NCBI GenBank assembly: GCA_965369625.1
Contig: CBDUQW010000003.1
Coordinates: 9,883-73,882 of the forward strand
Length of the DNA stretch: 64,000 nt
Origin: an uncultured Thermoplasmata archaeon
GTDB lineage: Archaea; Thermoplasmatota; DTKX01; GCA-020343715
Direction: 5' to 3'
Below, piece after piece: positions 62,372-64,000 of this stretch. Under the pieces are notes generated by a model. That model worked only from the letters and a program-made list of their open reading frames with translations. It was not told where the DNA came from and ran no database searches. Each line of letters begins with the position of its first letter. Position 1 is the first letter of the stretch. A program made the position numbers and the translations under genes.

Positions 62372-64000
62372 CTAGTGGTCCAGGCCACGGCCCACGATGA
62401 CCGCCTGGCCGGCCGAGATGCCGCCGTCCCCAGGAGGGATCCGGTCGTGGAGCAAGAGATCCAGGCCCCTGGCCTCCACCCTTGCCGCGATGAGGTCGAG
62501 GATGGGCAGGGAATAGGCCACACCGCCGGTCACCCCCACGGGAAGCCCACGTCGCTCCGCCTCGTCGCCTGCGGCGTCGGCAAGACCAACGACGACGGCC
62601 TCCACAGCCGACCGGGCAGCGTCGCATCGGTCCTGGTGGGTCGGGAGGTCGAGGGAGAACAGGGTGTCCAGCACCGAAAGCACGCCGATCTGGCCCGAGG
62701 TGGTGCGCTCCACCTTGAATTCCCATTCAGGCCGTTGTCCACCAGCCTCCAGCAGAGGCTCGAGACGCATGGCGGGCTCTCCGTCGTAGGTCATCCTCTC
62801 CGCCGCGCCGAGGTGGACCGCAACAGTGTCCAGGAAGCGGCCCATCCCGGAGGTGCGAGGGGACCTTGGCAACACCTGCTCCCAGACCCGGGCCTCCTCA
62901 TCCGAGGCGATCCCCTCACGCCAGTCGTCCCGTCCCAGGAGGTGATGGGCCACCCAGACGAGACGTCTCGGGTCCAGAACCGCCGCCTCGCCCCCGGGCA
63001 TGGGTAACTCCTCGAGATGGGCGACCCGGTCGTACCTGTCCAGGTCGGCCGCGAGCACCTCACCGCCCCAAAGCGTCCCGTCGGGGCCGTAGCCCAGGCC
63101 GTCGATGGCGATGACCACCCCCTCCTCGCGACCGGCGTCGAGTAGCAGTGATGCGGCGTGGGCATGATGGTGCTGGACCTGCTCGAGAGGCAACCCCTCC
63201 TCGTCGGCCCACCGCCGGGCGATGCGCAGGGTGGAGTATCGGGGATGGAGGTCTGCTGCCACCGCCTCCAGCTCGTTGATGCCGAACATGTTGCGGAAGT
63301 GTCCGACTGCGCTCTCCAGGAAGCGCTGGGTAGGTTGCTTGGAGCTCTCACCGATGTACTGGGTGAGGAACATCTTGCCGTCCTTGGTGAGGGCCGCCAC
63401 CACGTTCATCTGGGCGCCCACGGCCAGCACGGACCGGTCGTGACCGGCGGGCACGGGCGTGGGAACCACGCCTCGGGACCTCCTGATGAACAGCCTTTGG
63501 TCGCCCCTGACCTTCACAACGCTGTCATCGGCCCTCTCGATTATCTCCCGGTCGTGGAGCAGGTACACGTCCAGGTCAAGCCCCAGGGCCTGCTCGCGGG
63601 TGACGGCGATGGGTTCCCCCGGATGGTTGGCCGAGGTGAAGACGAGGACGTCCGTCTCCAGGTGGTCGAAGAGCAGCATCTGGGAGGGGGTATAGGGGAG
63701 CATCACCCCCACGTTGCCCAGCCCGGGGGCGACGCCCTGGAGGTCCTCGACGTTCCGCTTGTGGACCAGCACTATGGGTCGGACGTGACCTGTGAGCATC
63801 TCCTCCTCCCCAGGCGTCATCGAGGTGATGCGCCGGGCGGTCTCGATGTCCCGGACGAGGATGGCGAATGGCTTCGCCGGTCGGTGGTACCGTTCCCTGA
63901 GGACGTCGGCCACCTGGGGGAGGCATACTATATGCATGCCGCCCCAGCCCTTCATCACCCCAAGGCCGCCGTCCATCACACGGTCGGCGAAACCCGTGAA
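62372..64000 (-). CDS. hypF: Carbamoyltransferase HypF, C-terminal roughly 540 aa (N-terminus outside the window)
   Basis: The frame stays open to the window edge (..FTGFADRVMDGG..). It has the YrdC-like KGWGGMHIVC motif and a Kae1-like domain with QHHHAH. Confidence 0.88.
   Translation of the reverse strand, partial: FTGFADRVMDGGLGVMKGWGGMHIVCLPQVADVLRERYHRPAKPFAILVRDIETARRITSMTPGEEEMLTGHVRPIVLVHKRNVEDLQGVAPGLGNVGVMLPYTPSQMLLFDHLETDVLVFTSANHPGEPIAVTREQALGLDLDVYLLHDREIIERADDSVVKVRGDQRLFIRRSRGVVPTPVPAGHDRSVLAVGAQMNVVAALTKDGKMFLTQYIGESSKQPTQRFLESAVGHFRNMFGINELEAVAADLHPRYSTLRIARRWADEEGLPLEQVQHHHAHAASLLLDAGREEGVVIAIDGLGYGPDGTLWGGEVLAADLDRYDRVAHLEELPMPGGEAAVLDPRRLVWVAHHLLGRDDWREGIASDEEARVWEQVLPRSPRTSGMGRFLDTVAVHLGAAERMTYDGEPAMRLEPLLEAGGQRPEWEFKVERTTSGQIGVLSVLDTLFSLDLPTHQDRCDAARSAVEAVVVGLADAAGDEAERRGLPVGVTGGVAYSLPILDLIAARVEARGLDLLLHDRIPPGDGGISAGQAVIVGRGLDH

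Noticed and set aside
62083-62523. The extension of the hypA ORF across hypC to 62523, and the 184-aa ORF at 62172-62726.
   Set aside because: These are run-on or alternative frames over hypC and the hypF 3' end. HypC (MCLAVP...) and HypF motifs occupy this DNA, and the conserved MHE N-terminus fixes the hypA start.
1-64000. A search by eye for CRISPR arrays, tRNA or rRNA genes, transposases, integrases, and toxin-antitoxin or other defence cassettes.
   Set aside because: I found no regularly spaced direct repeats, no tRNA-like T-arm (GTTCRAATC) in the intergenic spacers, and no recombinase-like ORF. The AbrB-like gene is paired with a permease, not a toxin.

Overview
High-GC (about 60% or more by eye, not computed) archaeal chromosomal segment. 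Archaeal origin is supported by PurP, an STT3/AglB oligosaccharyltransferase, a PGF-CTERM signal, TATA-box style promoters and Mvh/Hdr genes. A Thermoplasmata or Methanomassiliicoccales-like euryarchaeon is my guess only. I saw no rRNA, tRNA, CRISPR array, transposase or integrase. The window has four parts. (1) 1-19.2 kb is a cell-surface and N-glycosylation island. It holds three tandem giant surface proteins (beta-helix plus Ig-like modules plus a C-terminal TM anchor), trxB, a 2371-aa AglB whose catalytic core is followed by about 1400 aa of repeats ending in a PGF-CTERM signal, and a CARDB-like membrane protein. (2) 19.2-24.2 kb holds housekeeping and unknown genes: a HAD hydrolase, a very acidic PF-repeat protein, purP, a SAM methyltransferase and a membrane protein. 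(3) 24.2-57.2 kb is an unusually dense Hdr/Mvh electron-bifurcation supercluster. It contains three hdrCB pairs, one canonical hdrA, one mvhGA [NiFe] hydrogenase and five copies (one split into two genes) of a roughly 1000-aa two-module HdrA-like flavoprotein (L1-L5). It also contains six MvhD domains (D0-D5). Three of these carry a C-terminal coiled plus winged-helix-like extension (X), and a fourth locus encodes X as a separate ORF. One MvhD domain is fused to an HdrC+HdrB (HdrD-like) module, and one has lost a conserved cysteine. Two regulators (LysR-type and a tandem Lrp-like protein) sit in this region. (4) 57.3-64 kb holds a TauE/SafE permease with an AbrB-like gene, the hydrogenase maturation protease, and hypE, hypD, hypA, hypC and hypF (hypF runs off the window). 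The main candidate for a new system is the repeated MvhD-X plus long-HdrA module array. Many long antisense ORFs in the track are high-GC artefacts and were rejected.
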